Below, piece after piece: positions 9,970-21,037 of a DNA stretch of 64,000 nucleotides. Each line of letters begins with the position of its first letter. The stretch's first letter is position 1. This DNA is from Spirochaetia bacterium. Its GTDB lineage: Bacteria > Spirochaetota > Spirochaetia > DSM-16054 > Sediminispirochaetaceae. The translations under genes and the position numbers were made by a program. The stretch covers positions 32,001-96,000 of the forward strand of contig JAXHMY010000008.1 in assembly GCA_034520965.1 (NCBI GenBank). Reading direction: 5' to 3'. Under the pieces are notes generated by a model. The model saw only the letters and a list, made by a program, of their open reading frames with translations. It searched no databases and was not told where the DNA came from.

Positions 9970-11534
9970 ATGGAAACCGAAAAGAAGCCTATTTTGGAGA
10001 TGCGCGGTATAACTAAGCGTTTTCCCGGAGTAGTCGCCAATGACCACGTAGACCTTGAACTCTTTCCCGGTGAAGTGTTGGCACTACTCGGAGAAAACGG
10101 GGCCGGCAAAAGCTCTCTCATGAACGTATTAGCCGGATTGTACCGCCCGGATGAAGGGGCCATTTTTATCCGGGGAGAGAAAGTACAAATTGATTCACCC
10201 CGTGATGCCATGAATCTGGGCGTCGGTATGGTGCACCAGAACTTTATGGTGGTTGATACCATGACGGTGGCGGAAAATATCATCCTCGGATTAAAAGAGG
10301 TTTCAATGATCCCGGATATGGGAAAAATAAGTGAACGTATTCGGGAGATTTCCTCACACTACAATCTGAAGGTGGATCCAGACGCCTATATCTGGCAGCT
10401 TGGAGTAGGCGAGCAGCAGCGGGTTGAAATTCTGAAGCAGATCTACCGGGGTGCAGAGATTCTTATTCTCGATGAGCCCACCGCCGTGCTTACCCCGCAA
10501 GAGTCGGAGGAACTTAACAATATACTCCGTCAGATGACAAGCGAAGGAAAAGCAGCCGTATTTATTACCCATAAAATGGAAGAGGTTATTGCCTTTTCCG
10601 ACTGGGTCCGTGTATTGCAGGGCGGAAAGTTGGTTACGGTAAAACGAACCGCTGAAACAAACCCGCAGGAGCTTGCCCGTCTGATGGTCGGCCGCGAAGT
10701 GTTGTTTAGAATAGACAAGACACCGGCAGAGCCGAAGGACGTCATTTTAGATGTAGAGAATGTAGAAGCCAACGACGAGAAGGGTATGCCGGCACTGAAG
10801 GGCTTTCCCTGCAGGTTCGGCAGGGTGAAATAGTGGGTATCGCCGGAGTCGCCGGAAACGGGCAGCGGGAGCTGACCGAAGTAATCACCGGGCTTCACCC
10901 TGTCTTGAACGGAAGTATTAAAATAAACGGAAAAGATATGACCAACCGCTCTCCCCTGGCCATTATCCGCTCGGGAGTAAGCCATATACCCTCGGATAGA
11001 ATCGCGATGGGAGTTGTCGGTGATATGAGTGTGGCCAATAACCTGGTGATGAAGGGTTACCGCCGTGCACCAATTACCCATGGAGGGTTGCTCGATCCGC
11101 GCCGGATCCTCGACTTTGCAAAACGAATGATTGATTCCTTTAAAATTGCAACTCCCACCCCTGCTACTCATGTAAAGTTTTTATCAGGGGGAAATATCCA
11201 AAAGACCATTTTGGCCCGCGAAATTGACTCCTGCGGCGGGGTACTGGTAGCTGCATATCCCTCCCGCGGTTTGGATGTGGGGGCAACCGAGGCGGTGCGG
11301 AACGAAATGGTGCGGCAGCGAGACAGGGGCAGCGGGGTGCTGCTGGTCTCGGAGGATCTGGATGAGCTTTTATCGGTGGCCGACAAAATTGTGGTAATGT
11401 TTGAGGGGCAGTCCATGGGCGAGCTTAATTCCGCCAATGCGGGTGTGGAGATGCTCGGATTGATGATGTCCGGGGTAAGCAAGAGCAAGGCTGAAAAAGA
11501 GTATTACGGGAGTGATCATGCAACTGGTGTTTGA
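9970..11534 (+). CDS. nucleoside ABC transporter ATP-binding protein (two ATPase domains; frameshift near 10805)
   Basis: GENGAGKS, LILDEPT in the first ORF; GIAGVAGNGQ, LSGGNIQK, VSEDLDE in the second; one added T joins them. Confidence 0.9.
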
Positions 11535-12618
11535 AAAACGAAAAGCTGTATCGCGTCGGGCTATAGTTCTGGTGCCGATACTCTCTTTTATAGTGTCTCT
11601 GATATTAACGGGTTTTTTACTGATGGCATTCAAGGCAAACCCCTTAAGAACATACATGGCTATGTTCATAGGCGCCTTCGGAAGCTGGAGCAATTTTACT
11701 GAAACCCTGGTGAAGGCAACTCCTCTCATGTTTACCGGCTTAGGTGTGACCATCGCATTCAAACTGCGGTTCTGGAACATCGGTGCTGAGGGGCAGCTTG
11801 TCTTTGGCGGCGTGGCTGCAGCTTGGGTTGCTCTTTTCTGGTCGCCCTTTTTGCCGGCCTGGTCACTGCTACCCATGGTTATGCTGGTCGGAATGATGGC
11901 CGGGGCCATGTGGGCCGGCATACCGGCGCTGCTGAAAACCCGCCTGAACGTAGATGAAACTTTAGTGACCCTCATGATGAACTATATTGCCATACTGTTT
12001 GCCGAAGGGCTCTATTACGGAGCATGGCGCGACCCTGAGGGCTATGGGTTTCCGGGTACGAAACTCTTTCCTGAGGCGGCCTGGCTGCCGCGGTTTTCCG
12101 GGCGTGCCCATGTGGGACTGTTTATAGCAATCGGTATAGGTCTGCTCTTGTGGGTGGCGATGAACCGTACTAAATGGGGCTTTGAGCTGAATATGATCGG
12201 AAAAAACCAGAAAGCCGCCCGCTGTCTTGGGGTGAATGTGAAGCGGAATATACTGGTAGCACTGCTTATCTCGGGGGCATTGTCCGGCCTGGCCGGAGTA
12301 AGTGAAGTTACCGCCATCTCCCACCGCCTTCAACAGGGATTGACGATGGGCTACGGATACACGGCAATTATTGTGGCCTGGCTTAGCCAGCTTAACCCGA
12401 TTGCCGGCCTGTTTGTAGCTATATTAATGGCGGGGCTGCTGGTAGGCGGCGACCAGGTACAGATGATGATGGGGCTGCCGGCTGCGATGGGGCTGGTACT
12501 GCAGGGAATGATACTATTTCCGATGCTCGCCGGTTCGCTGTTTACCGAATACCGCTTAAAGCGCATCGATCCTAGAAACAGTCGAGTAGCAGAGAGTAAC
12601 GAGGAGCTTTCCGTATGA
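11518..12618 (+). CDS. nucleoside ABC transporter permease
   Basis: Hydrophobic; WNIGAEGQ, GYGYTAIIVAWL. Confidence 0.92.
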   Translation: MQLVFEKRKAVSRRAIVLVPILSFIVSLILTGFLLMAFKANPLRTYMAMFIGAFGSWSNFTETLVKATPLMFTGLGVTIAFKLRFWNIGAEGQLVFGGVAAAWVALFWSPFLPAWSLLPMVMLVGMMAGAMWAGIPALLKTRLNVDETLVTLMMNYIAILFAEGLYYGAWRDPEGYGFPGTKLFPEAAWLPRFSGRAHVGLFIAIGIGLLLWVAMNRTKWGFELNMIGKNQKAARCLGVNVKRNILVALLISGALSGLAGVSEVTAISHRLQQGLTMGYGYTAIIVAWLSQLNPIAGLFVAILMAGLLVGGDQVQMMMGLPAAMGLVLQGMILFPMLAGSLFTEYRLKRIDPRNSRVAESNEELSV

Positions 12619-13568
12619 TACCACTTATTACTTCAATTATTGCGATAACCTTGAGTGCGGGTACTTCACTGGTCTATGCCACCATCGGCGAAATTTATAC
12701 CGAGCGGTCCGGGATTCTTAACCTTGGTATTGAGGGTATGATGCTCATGAGTGCCGTGACCGCCTTTGCCACCGCCTTTCATACCGGAAGTCTGCTGTTG
12801 GCGGTACTGATGGCGATGCTGGTAGGAATGTTGCTGGCTCTGATTCACGCCTTTCTGTCGATTACCATGCACGCGAATCAAGTTGTCAGCGGTTTAAGCA
12901 TTACCCTGTTCGGTACCGGATTAGCCAGCTTCCTCGGGCAGCGTTTAGGCCCGGAGAGCAATGGATTTAATTTGAGCGGTATGAGTGCGGTTAAGTTTAC
13001 CCGTTTGCAGGTTGAAGGGCTGGGAGACATTCCTCTGTTGGGAGCGGTTTTTAACCAGGATCCGCTTACCTATATCGTGTACTTGCTTATACCGGTGGCC
13101 TGGTACTTTATGTATAAAACCAAATTCGGCCTTAATCTGCGTTCGGTGGGTGAGAACCCGCAGACGGCGGACGCCATGGGGCTGAATGTGACGAAAATTC
13201 GCTATCTTTATACCATCTTTGGTGGTATGCTGGTAGGAATCGGGGGGGCACACCTGTCACTTGCTTATACCCCCGGATGGTCGGAAAACATTACCGGCGG
13301 GCGCGGCTGGATCGTAATCGCACTGGTAATCTTTTCCATGTGGAATCCTTCCAGGGCTATACTGGGAGCGATTCTGTTTGGTGGAATAAATGCGGTGCAG
13401 TTCAGGCTGCAGGCCTCGGGAACCGATATCCCCTCTGCATACCTGAATATGGCCCCCTACGTAGCTACCATCTTGGTCTTGGTGTTGGTAACTGTGTGGG
13501 AATCCCACAACCGGAAGGTTGGACCTCCCGCTGCGCTGGGCACTTCGTACATGCGCGAAGACAAATAG
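12615..13568 (+). CDS. nucleoside ABC transporter permease
   Basis: ERSGILNLGIEGMM, GENPQTAD, GRGWIVIA. Confidence 0.92.
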   Translation: MIPLITSIIAITLSAGTSLVYATIGEIYTERSGILNLGIEGMMLMSAVTAFATAFHTGSLLLAVLMAMLVGMLLALIHAFLSITMHANQVVSGLSITLFGTGLASFLGQRLGPESNGFNLSGMSAVKFTRLQVEGLGDIPLLGAVFNQDPLTYIVYLLIPVAWYFMYKTKFGLNLRSVGENPQTADAMGLNVTKIRYLYTIFGGMLVGIGGAHLSLAYTPGWSENITGGRGWIVIALVIFSMWNPSRAILGAILFGGINAVQFRLQASGTDIPSAYLNMAPYVATILVLVLVTVWESHNRKVGPPAALGTSYMREDK

Positions 13569-13594
13569 GCGAGGGGTTCACCCCAAAAGGAGGC

Positions 13595-13627
13595 ACAGGT
13601 CTTCGCTTTTGCGAAGACCTGTTTTTT
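13595..13627 (+). terminator. Rho-independent terminator between convergent genes
   Basis: ACAGGTCTTCGC-TTTT-GCGAAGACCTGT perfect 12-bp stem followed by Ts. Confidence 0.85.
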
Positions 13628-14745
13628 ATAAGTGTCGAATATAGCAGCGCCGCCGTTTGTTAAGGCGGGTTTCAAAATTTTTCATAATCGTAATGATGTT
13701 TGAATTATCTTCCAGCTCGCCGCAGGTTTGTACATACTCTATGCCGTAGTCTATACACTCCCGATAAAGTTCCGAAAGGAGAATTGCATTCAGTCCTCGG
13801 TTTTGGTAATCAGGGCGTGCACCAATCAGGTAAAATACCAATTCCTCCGGCTTTTTAAGGGTTTTGAGCAAATGCAGAAAACCGAATGGAAACAGCCGGC
13901 CGCCGGATTTTTGCAGAGGCTTCGTAAGGCGCGGCAGGGCAATTGCAAAACCCACCACCTCGTCGTTTTGATTGCTTAAGAGTTTTATGAAATCGGGATT
14001 TGTAAAAGTTAAATACTGTTTTATATAGCTCGTCCACTTGTGCGTCGGTAAGCTCTACCACCCCGTATAAGTCTGCGTAAGAGGCATTCAGGGCATCGAA
14101 GATCCCCTTCCCATAGGGCAGTGCGTCTTTCATACGATCAAAATGCAGCAGCTTAAGCTTATTCCGTTCTAACACCAGGTCTTTCATCCGGGTAAACTTT
14201 TCCCCTATCTGTTCCGGCACCTTAATTTCAAACTGCAGCCAGTCGACATCCTTTCTATACCCAAGCTGTTCTATAAGAGTCGGATAATAGGCATGGTTAT
14301 AAATCATCGGAAGCGTCCCCCGCTCTTTGAAGCCCTCAACCAATAATCCCTCTTTATCGAAATCGGTAAAACCCAAGGGCCCATGAACGGCTTCCAGCCC
14401 CTGCTCTCCGGCCCATGTCTCTACAGCTTCAAACAGGGCTTGGACTACATCCTGACGATTGACCGTATCGAACCAACCAAAACGCAGATATTTTTGCTTC
14501 CACTTTGCAATAAATTTATCATTGCGAATAGCTGCAATTCTGCCTAGCACTTGCCCATCCTCATAGGCGAGCCAATAGCGAGCTTCGCAGTGCTCAAAAG
14601 AGGGATTTTTGTGTTTCGAGAGGGTGTTTATCTCGTCAAAAAAAAGCGGTGGAACCCAATAGGGGTTATCTCTATAAAGAGAATAGGGGAATTTTACAAA
14701 AGTTTTAAGGTCACGGCGGCTTACAACCTCTTTCAGCTTTACCAT
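13626..14745 (-). CDS. GNAT-fold N-acyltransferase, YghO/bacterial ceramide synthase (bCerS)-like; frameshift near 14030
   Basis: FVKFPYSLY..NPYWVPPL, KNPSFEH, GRIAAI, RFGWFD, GPLGFTD..KEGLLVEGF, YNHAYY; C-terminal LIGARPDYQNRGL and ELEDN; about 372 aa when joined. Confidence 0.8.
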
Positions 14746-15011
14746 AGAACGTTTACCTACTTGCAGTGCACATATGCAGAATCATTAAGTCCGTAATAGT
14801 ATGCAATGGAACCTGGTGGAGTGTCTATCTTTTTTTTATAAATAAATATACATGAACAGGCCACAAAGCTGTATAAATTTCCATAATCATTATCCTGCTT
14901 ATTGACCAAATAGTGCTAAAAGGGTAATTTTTTGCATAGAGTACAAGGTGTGGTAGTCCCTTCAGCGGACCTTCTACCTGCTCTGAATAAATTTTAAGGA
15001 AGGACAAATTA

Positions 15012-15829
15012 ATGACATTTCGAAGAAGCTTTCGCATTGCAGTGTATAGTATCGCTCTACTTCTGTTGACCACGGGAGTCTGGGCCGGAGGATCTCAGGA
15101 ATCGGACCAGACCACTTTAGCTAAAATCCAAGAGCAAGGCAGTTTTGTACTTGGTCTTGACGACAGTTTTCCTCCCATGGGCTTTCGCGGAGAGTCGGGT
15201 GACATTGTTGGATTTGATATTGATCTGGGTCGTGAAGTAGCCAAGCGGATGGGGGTAGAGCTCGAATTGCGCCCGGTTGACTGGGACGGGGTTATTCTTA
15301 GCCTGAACAAGGGCGATATCGATATGATCTGGAACGGTATGACTATTACCGAGAGCCGACAGGAGAAAATCGATTTTTCTAACCCCTATCTGGCGAACCG
15401 GCAAATCATAATAGTTGCGGACGATTCAAATTTGACTTCGAAAGCGGACCTCGCCGGCAAAACCGTAGGAGTTCAGATGGGCAGCAGCAGTGAAGAAGCT
15501 ATTAGCGGTGAACCCGAGGTGAGAGAAAGCTTCAAGGAGCTGACAAAAAGTATGCAGATAACGTAGTGGCTCTGCTGGACCTCAAGGCCGGACGCACCGA
15601 TGCGGTTGTGGTGGACGAAATTATGGGCCGTTACTACATCGGCAAAAGGCCCGGTGAGTACAAGGTGCTGAACGAAGACTTTGGGCGTGAAGAATACGGA
15701 ATCGGCTTCCGTCAAGAGGATGATGCCTTTCGCAAGAAAGTGGATGCAATTTTAAAAGAAATGAATGAAGATGGAACCACCGCTGAAATATCAAAAAAGT
15801 GGTTTGGCGAAGACATCGTTCTAAAATAA
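15012..15829 (+). CDS. polar amino acid ABC transporter substrate-binding protein (frameshift near 15548)
   Basis: GLDDSFPPMGF, GFDIDL, IDFSNPY; continues LKAGRTDAVVVDE...EEYGIGFR. Confidence 0.9.
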
Positions 15830-15849
15830 GCTTCAAAAAGGAAAACTGA

Positions 15850-16491
15850 TTGGATTATATCCTCTCAATAACGGGCCACATCCTTGAGGGATGTGGCCTT
15901 ACTCTACAAATTTATTTTGTTACAATAATTGGAGCAGTTCCTTTAGCCATCCTGTTTGCTCTTGGCCGGACATCCGGCCCTAAAGCGCTGGATAGAGCCC
16001 TGGGAATCTACGCCTGGATCTTCAGAGGCACTCCTCTGCTGCTCCAGTTGTTCTTCTTTTATTATGGTTTAACCATCTTTGGTATTTCACTACCCCCCTT
16101 CGGAGCTGCTGCACTGACATTTATACTTAATTATGCCGCCTACATGATGGAAATTTTTCGCTCCGGTATTCAATCCATCGATAAGGGGCAGTATGAAGCC
16201 GCCCATGCACTTAATTTGAGTTACTGGCAGACTATGCGGCGTATTATTCTGCCCCAGGCACTCAAGAGAACCCTGCCCCCATCGGCCAACGAGGCGATTA
16301 CTCTGGTAAAAGACACCGCCCTGGTGGTGGTAATTGGAATGGGTGAGATGCTGCGTTCGGCAAAAGAGATTTTTACCCGAGATTTCAGCATTACCCCCTT
16401 TGTAATAGCTGCTATTTTTTATCTACTGCTGACTAGCGTTGTTATCAATGTGTTTCGGACATTGGAGAAAAAGCTGGAGGTGTACGACTAA
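15850..16491 (+). CDS. polar amino acid ABC transporter permease
   Basis: [35 protein letters not shown]. Confidence 0.95.
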   Translation: MDYILSITGHILEGCGLTLQIYFVTIIGAVPLAILFALGRTSGPKALDRALGIYAWIFRGTPLLLQLFFFYYGLTIFGISLPPFGAAALTFILNYAAYMMEIFRSGIQSIDKGQYEAAHALNLSYWQTMRRIILPQALKRTLPPSANEAITLVKDTALVVVIGMGEMLRSAKEIFTRDFSITPFVIAAIFYLLLTSVVINVFRTLEKKLEVYD

Positions 16492-17249
16492 TGGTAATAG
16501 TGAAGCTAAGCAATGTTCACAAATATTTCGGAGATATTAAAGCGGTGGATGGGGTAGATCTCGAAGTGAAGGCCGGTGAGGTTGTTTCAATAATCGGTCC
16601 CTCCGGTTCAGGAAAAAGCACCCTCCTGCGCTGTATCAATCAGCTCGAGTCGGTAGACTATGGGCGGGTAGAGATTGAAGGGCAAGCCGTAGTCGAAGTG
16701 GATAGCAGCGGAAAGCGCAGTCACCTGGATAAAAGTGAAGTTCTGAAGGCCCAGAAGAAGCTGGGAATGGTATTCCAGCACTTCAACCTCTTTCCTCATA
16801 AGACGGTTTTGGAGAATATTATCGAAGCCCCAATGCTGGTTAATAAGGAGCCGCGGAAAAGCGCTGTCGAGCGGGCGGAGAAACTGCTGAAGCAAGTGGG
16901 CTTGGCGGATAAGCACAACGCCTATCCCTCCCAGATTTCCGGCGGTCAAAAACAGCGGGTTGCAATAGCTCGGACTCTGGGAATGGAGCCGGATATACTG
17001 CTCTGCGATGAACCTACCTCAGCCCTCGATCCTGAGCTGGTGGGAGAGGTTTTAGCGGTACTGCGGGACCTTGCCAAGGCGAACATGACCATGCTGGTGG
17101 TAACCCATGAGATGGCCTTTGCCCGTGAAATATCCAACCGGGTGATTTTCATGGACCAAGGAAAGGTGTTGGAAGACGGAAGCCCTGAGAAGATATTCAA
17201 GACCCCCGAGCACCCCCGTATCCGAGATTTCATCAGTAGGATGATCTGA
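16491..17249 (+). CDS. polar amino acid ABC transporter ATP-binding protein (GlnQ family)
   Basis: [40 protein letters not shown]. Confidence 0.95.
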   Translation: MVIVKLSNVHKYFGDIKAVDGVDLEVKAGEVVSIIGPSGSGKSTLLRCINQLESVDYGRVEIEGQAVVEVDSSGKRSHLDKSEVLKAQKKLGMVFQHFNLFPHKTVLENIIEAPMLVNKEPRKSAVERAEKLLKQVGLADKHNAYPSQISGGQKQRVAIARTLGMEPDILLCDEPTSALDPELVGEVLAVLRDLAKANMTMLVVTHEMAFAREISNRVIFMDQGKVLEDGSPEKIFKTPEHPRIRDFISRMI

Positions 17250-18528
17250 TTAATGGTTCAAACCATGGGGAATTGAAGCAGGGAGTCGAATTACCCCCTC
17301 TATTAGAGTGTACCCACACTTTATTTTAGAGGAGGCCTGCCAATGCTTATCCCCCCATTTTGTCCCCATTCCGAATGTGAATATCACACCCAGCCACCTG
17401 ACCACGGGCGCTGGTACTACACCAATGGCAGCTACGAGACCCTGGCCCATGGCTCGGTCACCCGATTCAAATGCCTCGGATGCGGAGGAGGCTTTAGCGA
17501 GCAAACCTTCCGCCTGGACTACTATGTAAAGAGAAAGCTCGACTATCAGGTTATTTTCGATCACCTGACCAATTGCGGAGGAGTGCGTAAAACCGCCCGT
17601 ATAATGGAGGTCAGCCACCAAGCGATCATCAACCGCTTAGGCCGCCTCGCCCGCCAGGCCATCGCGCTGCAGGCCGATGTCCTCCAGGACTATGTTCCCT
17701 GCGAGGACCTGGTCACCGACGGGTTCGAGAGCTTTGTCAGCGATCAGTATCCAGCCGAATAACATTCACATCCTGGCCGGCAAGCGTTCACAGTTCTTTA
17801 TCACCTTCGACTATGCCCATTTGCGGCGCAAGGGAAAGATGACCGAGCTGCAGAAGGACGAGCGTGACCAGCGGGAGAGGCACTACATCCGCAAGAGGAT
17901 ATCCATCAGTCAGTCCTTCCTGCAGATTGTCGATCTGATCGAGCAATACGCACAGAAGCGGCGGTTTACCTGCCTCTACAGCGATGAGAAGCTTAGAGTA
18001 TCAAAGATTGGTCATGGGTTCGGATGTGCTCCAGAGCCTAAAAAGCGAGGGGAGGTTTGAGCATGTGAGAATCTCCTCCCTTTTGGCGCGCACCATCGAC
18101 AATCCACTTTTTTCTGTCAACTATCTGGACAGGCAATTCAGGAAGGATAATGCCAATCATGTGCGCGAGACGGTGCGCTTCTCCCAGAATGTGAATAACT
18201 GCCTTGAGCGCATGGCCGTCTACCAGCTGTATCAAAACTATTTTAAGCCCTTTCGCATCGGAGATCCATTTCTTCAGAACTTCTCCCATGCCGAGGTGGC
18301 CGGTGTGCCACGGGGTAAAATCGCAAGAGGGCTGCGGGGCATCTTTACCATGCGCAAGTTCTACACGCATGTAAAGCTCAACTGGTCGCAGCTGATGGTG
18401 TGGGCACGGATGACCGGAACCCTGGATAAGTTCGACGGGATGTACTGGCCCAAATATGTGTGGATGTAACCTCCCTTACTCGCAGCCGGCGTGTGGAAAT
18501 TCGCATCCCCCATGGTTTGAACCATTAA
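17250..18528 (+). mobile_element. insertion sequence, IS1/IS1595-like, with perfect terminal inverted repeats and TTAA flanks
   Basis: TTAA-TGGTTCAAACCATGGGG (17250-17270) and CCCCATGGTTTGAACCA-TTAA (18508-18528) enclose a transposase-like gene. Confidence 0.88.
17343..18469 (+). pseudogene. transposase (Zn ribbon, HTH, DDE-like), split by two apparent +1 frameshifts near 17752 and 17995
   Basis: CPHSEC...FKCLGC, GVRKTARIMEVSHQAI (HTH), VTDGFESF, LYSDEK, RETVRFS; about 374 aa when joined. Confidence 0.75.
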
Positions 18529-18628
18529 ACAATCTTTACTAAAATTCTCGATAATTACTTGCCTCTGCTTAGGTGAGATTACTATATTTCATAGAGACAG
18601 TAAGTTCTTATATGAAAAGGAGTCTAAA

Positions 18629-19177
18629 ATGATAACGAAGAAGATGGAAGCTGCCCTGAACGAGCAGATTAACAAGGAAATGTATTCCGCCTACCTGTAT
18701 ATGGCGATGTCCGCCGATGCCACCGAGAAAGGTTTGGACGGCTTTGCCCGCTGGTTTATGGTGCAGTACCACGAAGAAATGTTTCATGCAATGAAGTTCT
18801 ACCAGTATATAGTCGCTCAAGATGGCAAGGTTGTCCTGAAGGGAATTAAGGAACCGCCCGCCACTTTTTCAGGTATCCAGGAGATGTTTGAGAGTACCCT
18901 GGAACATGAACAGTTTATCACTAAAAGCATCAATGAGTTGGTCGACCTGGCTATCGCGGAGAAAGACCACGCCACTCACCACTTTTTGAACTGGTATGTG
19001 GAAGAGCAGGTTGAGGAAGAGAAAAACGACCACGACATTCTGGCAAAACTGGCAATGCTTTCCGATTCCAAAAAGGGACCCGGAATTTATATGTTGGATA
19101 AGGAGATAGGATCTCGAGCTCTTACAATACCTTCAGACTTTAGCGTTGAAGGCTTTGCAGAGGGCGTAGAGTCCTAG
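18629..19177 (+). CDS. ftnA: non-heme ferritin
   Basis: LNEQINKEMYSAYLY, EEMFHAMK, LNWYVEEQVEEE. Confidence 0.95.
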   Translation: MITKKMEAALNEQINKEMYSAYLYMAMSADATEKGLDGFARWFMVQYHEEMFHAMKFYQYIVAQDGKVVLKGIKEPPATFSGIQEMFESTLEHEQFITKSINELVDLAIAEKDHATHHFLNWYVEEQVEEEKNDHDILAKLAMLSDSKKGPGIYMLDKEIGSRALTIPSDFSVEGFAEGVES

Positions 19178-20802
19178 GAATCTTTTTGACAAATATAACC
19201 CCGCCGTACACCGCGGCGGGGTTTTTTCAGGCTCCCCGCCGCCTCAAGACACTTCACCGCCGCTTTTACCTCATCCTTTGACCACTCCCGCATGCTTCCG
19301 AAACCGAAAAAATGCCTGTATCCCCGCCGCAGCTCGCCGATAGAGTTTTCTCCGCACAGAATTTCGGCTGCCTCACCGCAGTTGAACCGCCGCGGATATA
19401 CATGAAAGAAGTTGAGGATCTCCCGAAAGCCCATCGGCTCCGTCGGGCGGCTATGGAGGCAGGTATCACATCCGCTGCAAGCCGGAGCCGGACTTCCCAT
19501 GGCCGCCATCAATGCCTCCCGCACACATGCATGGCTATTACTCAAGGCTTCAAGCAGCCGGCTGTAACGCCTGTCGCTGCTTCCGGCCGCAGCTGCTGTA
19601 TCGTAGGCATCGTACAGCACCACGGAGTAGGCCGGTTTTGTATCACGTCCGCCCCGGCCGGATTCCTGCAGAAACGCCTCCACCGACCGGCTGACATTAA
19701 AGTGAATTACACTCCGTACATCTGCTTTATCTACCCCCATTCCGAAGGCATTTGTCGCTGTAAGGATTCCATCGTCGGAGTGGAAGAACCACTTTTGAAT
19801 GCGCTGTTTCTCCTCCCGCTCAAGCCCGGCGTGGTAAAAGAAGATCTCCCCAGAGCCCAGCGATCGGCGCAGCTGCATGGCACAGCGCTGAGCCTGCTTA
19901 CGGGTAGCACAGAAGACTATAGCCGGCCGGGGCAGGGCATAGCGGTACTCCGGGTCCAAAAGGCGGCGCAGGTCGTGCATTTTGCACAGGCTCTCGATTA
20001 CATGATAGCTGATATTCGGCCGGTCGGGATTGGCCCGGATAACGTGCAGGGGCAACGCATCCACGGTTTCCTTCGGATCAGAGGCGGGGTGAGCAGCAGT
20101 TTCGGGCCCGGCAAAGAGGGCCTGTAAATCGGTCTCTATTTCCTCCGAGGCGGTAGCGGTAAAGGCACTGACTATGTGAGGACGGCAGGCTTGGATAATC
20201 TCGGGGACCCGCAGAAGGGACTCTCTGAACTGTACTCCCCAAGTGGGAATAGTGTGGGCCTCATCAAGCACCACATGGGCTACCGGGAGGGCGCGCAGAT
20301 GCTCGAGACTCCGGGGCTGGATCAAGGTCTCCGGGTTGGACAGCAGGAATTTTAGCTCCCTCCCCGCCGCCCTCCGCCAAATTTCCTCTTTTTCCTGGCG
20401 GTCCTGCCCTCCGGACAAAAGAGCGGCGGGGATTCCCTGCTCATCCAGACGGCGCAGCTGGTCGGCCATGAGGGAGAGAAGCGGAAATATGAGCAGGGTG
20501 ATATCGGCCAGCAAGACCCCGGGCAGCATAAAGCAGAGGCTTTTTCCGGCCCCCGTGGGCAGGACCACCAGTTGTTGGCGGGGAGGGCCGTCGGTAATCT
20601 CCTGCTCTTCTTGATCCCCCTGTTCCGGGAGTTCCTGTGCCTCAAAATAGCCGGCCGCCTCCAACACGTTACTGATAACCAGCCGCTGGTAGGGGAACAG
20701 GTAGGGAATGCCGAAGTGCTCCCGGGCGGCTTGGCTTACCGGGTCTTCCCACTCAAGGTTTTGTCTGCCTGCGGCGCGAGAATCTTGGTGTAAGGCTTTC
20801 AT
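19174..20802 (-). CDS. RecQ family ATP-dependent DNA helicase
   Basis: LPTGAGKSLCF, LDEAH, TATA, YHAGL, AFGMGVDK, QESGRGGRD, C-terminal CSGCDTC; start uncertain (ORF extends to 20856). Confidence 0.9.
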   Translation of the reverse strand: MKALHQDSRAAGRQNLEWEDPVSQAAREHFGIPYLFPYQRLVISNVLEAAGYFEAQELPEQGDQEEQEITDGPPRQQLVVLPTGAGKSLCFMLPGVLLADITLLIFPLLSLMADQLRRLDEQGIPAALLSGGQDRQEKEEIWRRAAGRELKFLLSNPETLIQPRSLEHLRALPVAHVVLDEAHTIPTWGVQFRESLLRVPEIIQACRPHIVSAFTATASEEIETDLQALFAGPETAAHPASDPKETVDALPLHVIRANPDRPNISYHVIESLCKMHDLRRLLDPEYRYALPRPAIVFCATRKQAQRCAMQLRRSLGSGEIFFYHAGLEREEKQRIQKWFFHSDDGILTATNAFGMGVDKADVRSVIHFNVSRSVEAFLQESGRGGRDTKPAYSVVLYDAYDTAAAAGSSDRRYSRLLEALSNSHACVREALMAAMGSPAPACSGCDTCLHSRPTEPMGFREILNFFHVYPRRFNCGEAAEILCGENSIGELRRGYRHFFGFGSMREWSKDEVKAAVKCLEAAGSLKKPRRGVRRGYICQKDS

Positions 20803-20980
20803 ACTTAGAGAGAGAAGAAAAATACAGCTGTGCTTCAGGTTCTGTACTTTTTTCATGCTAATCCGTAACCAATGACCGGTTACCGGGCTGACCTGGGGCT
20901 GACTCGATGGCGCTGCAGCACGGCGCAGGAGAACTGGGCTCTGCGCCCGGGGCTAATAGAAGTGCATTTTTTATAGGGTA

Positions 20981-21009
20981 TTGACACAGCATTGCTAAGC
21001 CACTAGTCT
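20981..21009 (+). promoter_or_regulatory. sigma70-type promoter of the SDR-SPT operon
   Basis: TTGACA (20981-20986), 17-bp spacer, TAGTCT (21004-21009); SD AGGAG before ATG 21038. Confidence 0.6.
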
Positions 21010-21037
21010 ACACAAGTTCTTAATAGGAGAGGCAGGG

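Noticed and set aside
17740..18000. Programmed -1 frameshifting in the transposase, as in IS1
   Set aside because: No A6-type slippery run at either junction; both look like single extra bases, like the other indels in the window
18491..18507. Link between the IS right end (TGTGGAAATTCGCATC) and the family 1 repeat (TGTGGAGAATTCGCATC near 26276)
   Set aside because: Short match, partly inside the target duplication; the repeat lacks the IS TIR, so it is likely coincidental
18565..18590. DtxR-type operator upstream of ferritin (TTAGGTGAG...)
   Set aside because: Only a half-site resemblance with no convincing dyad
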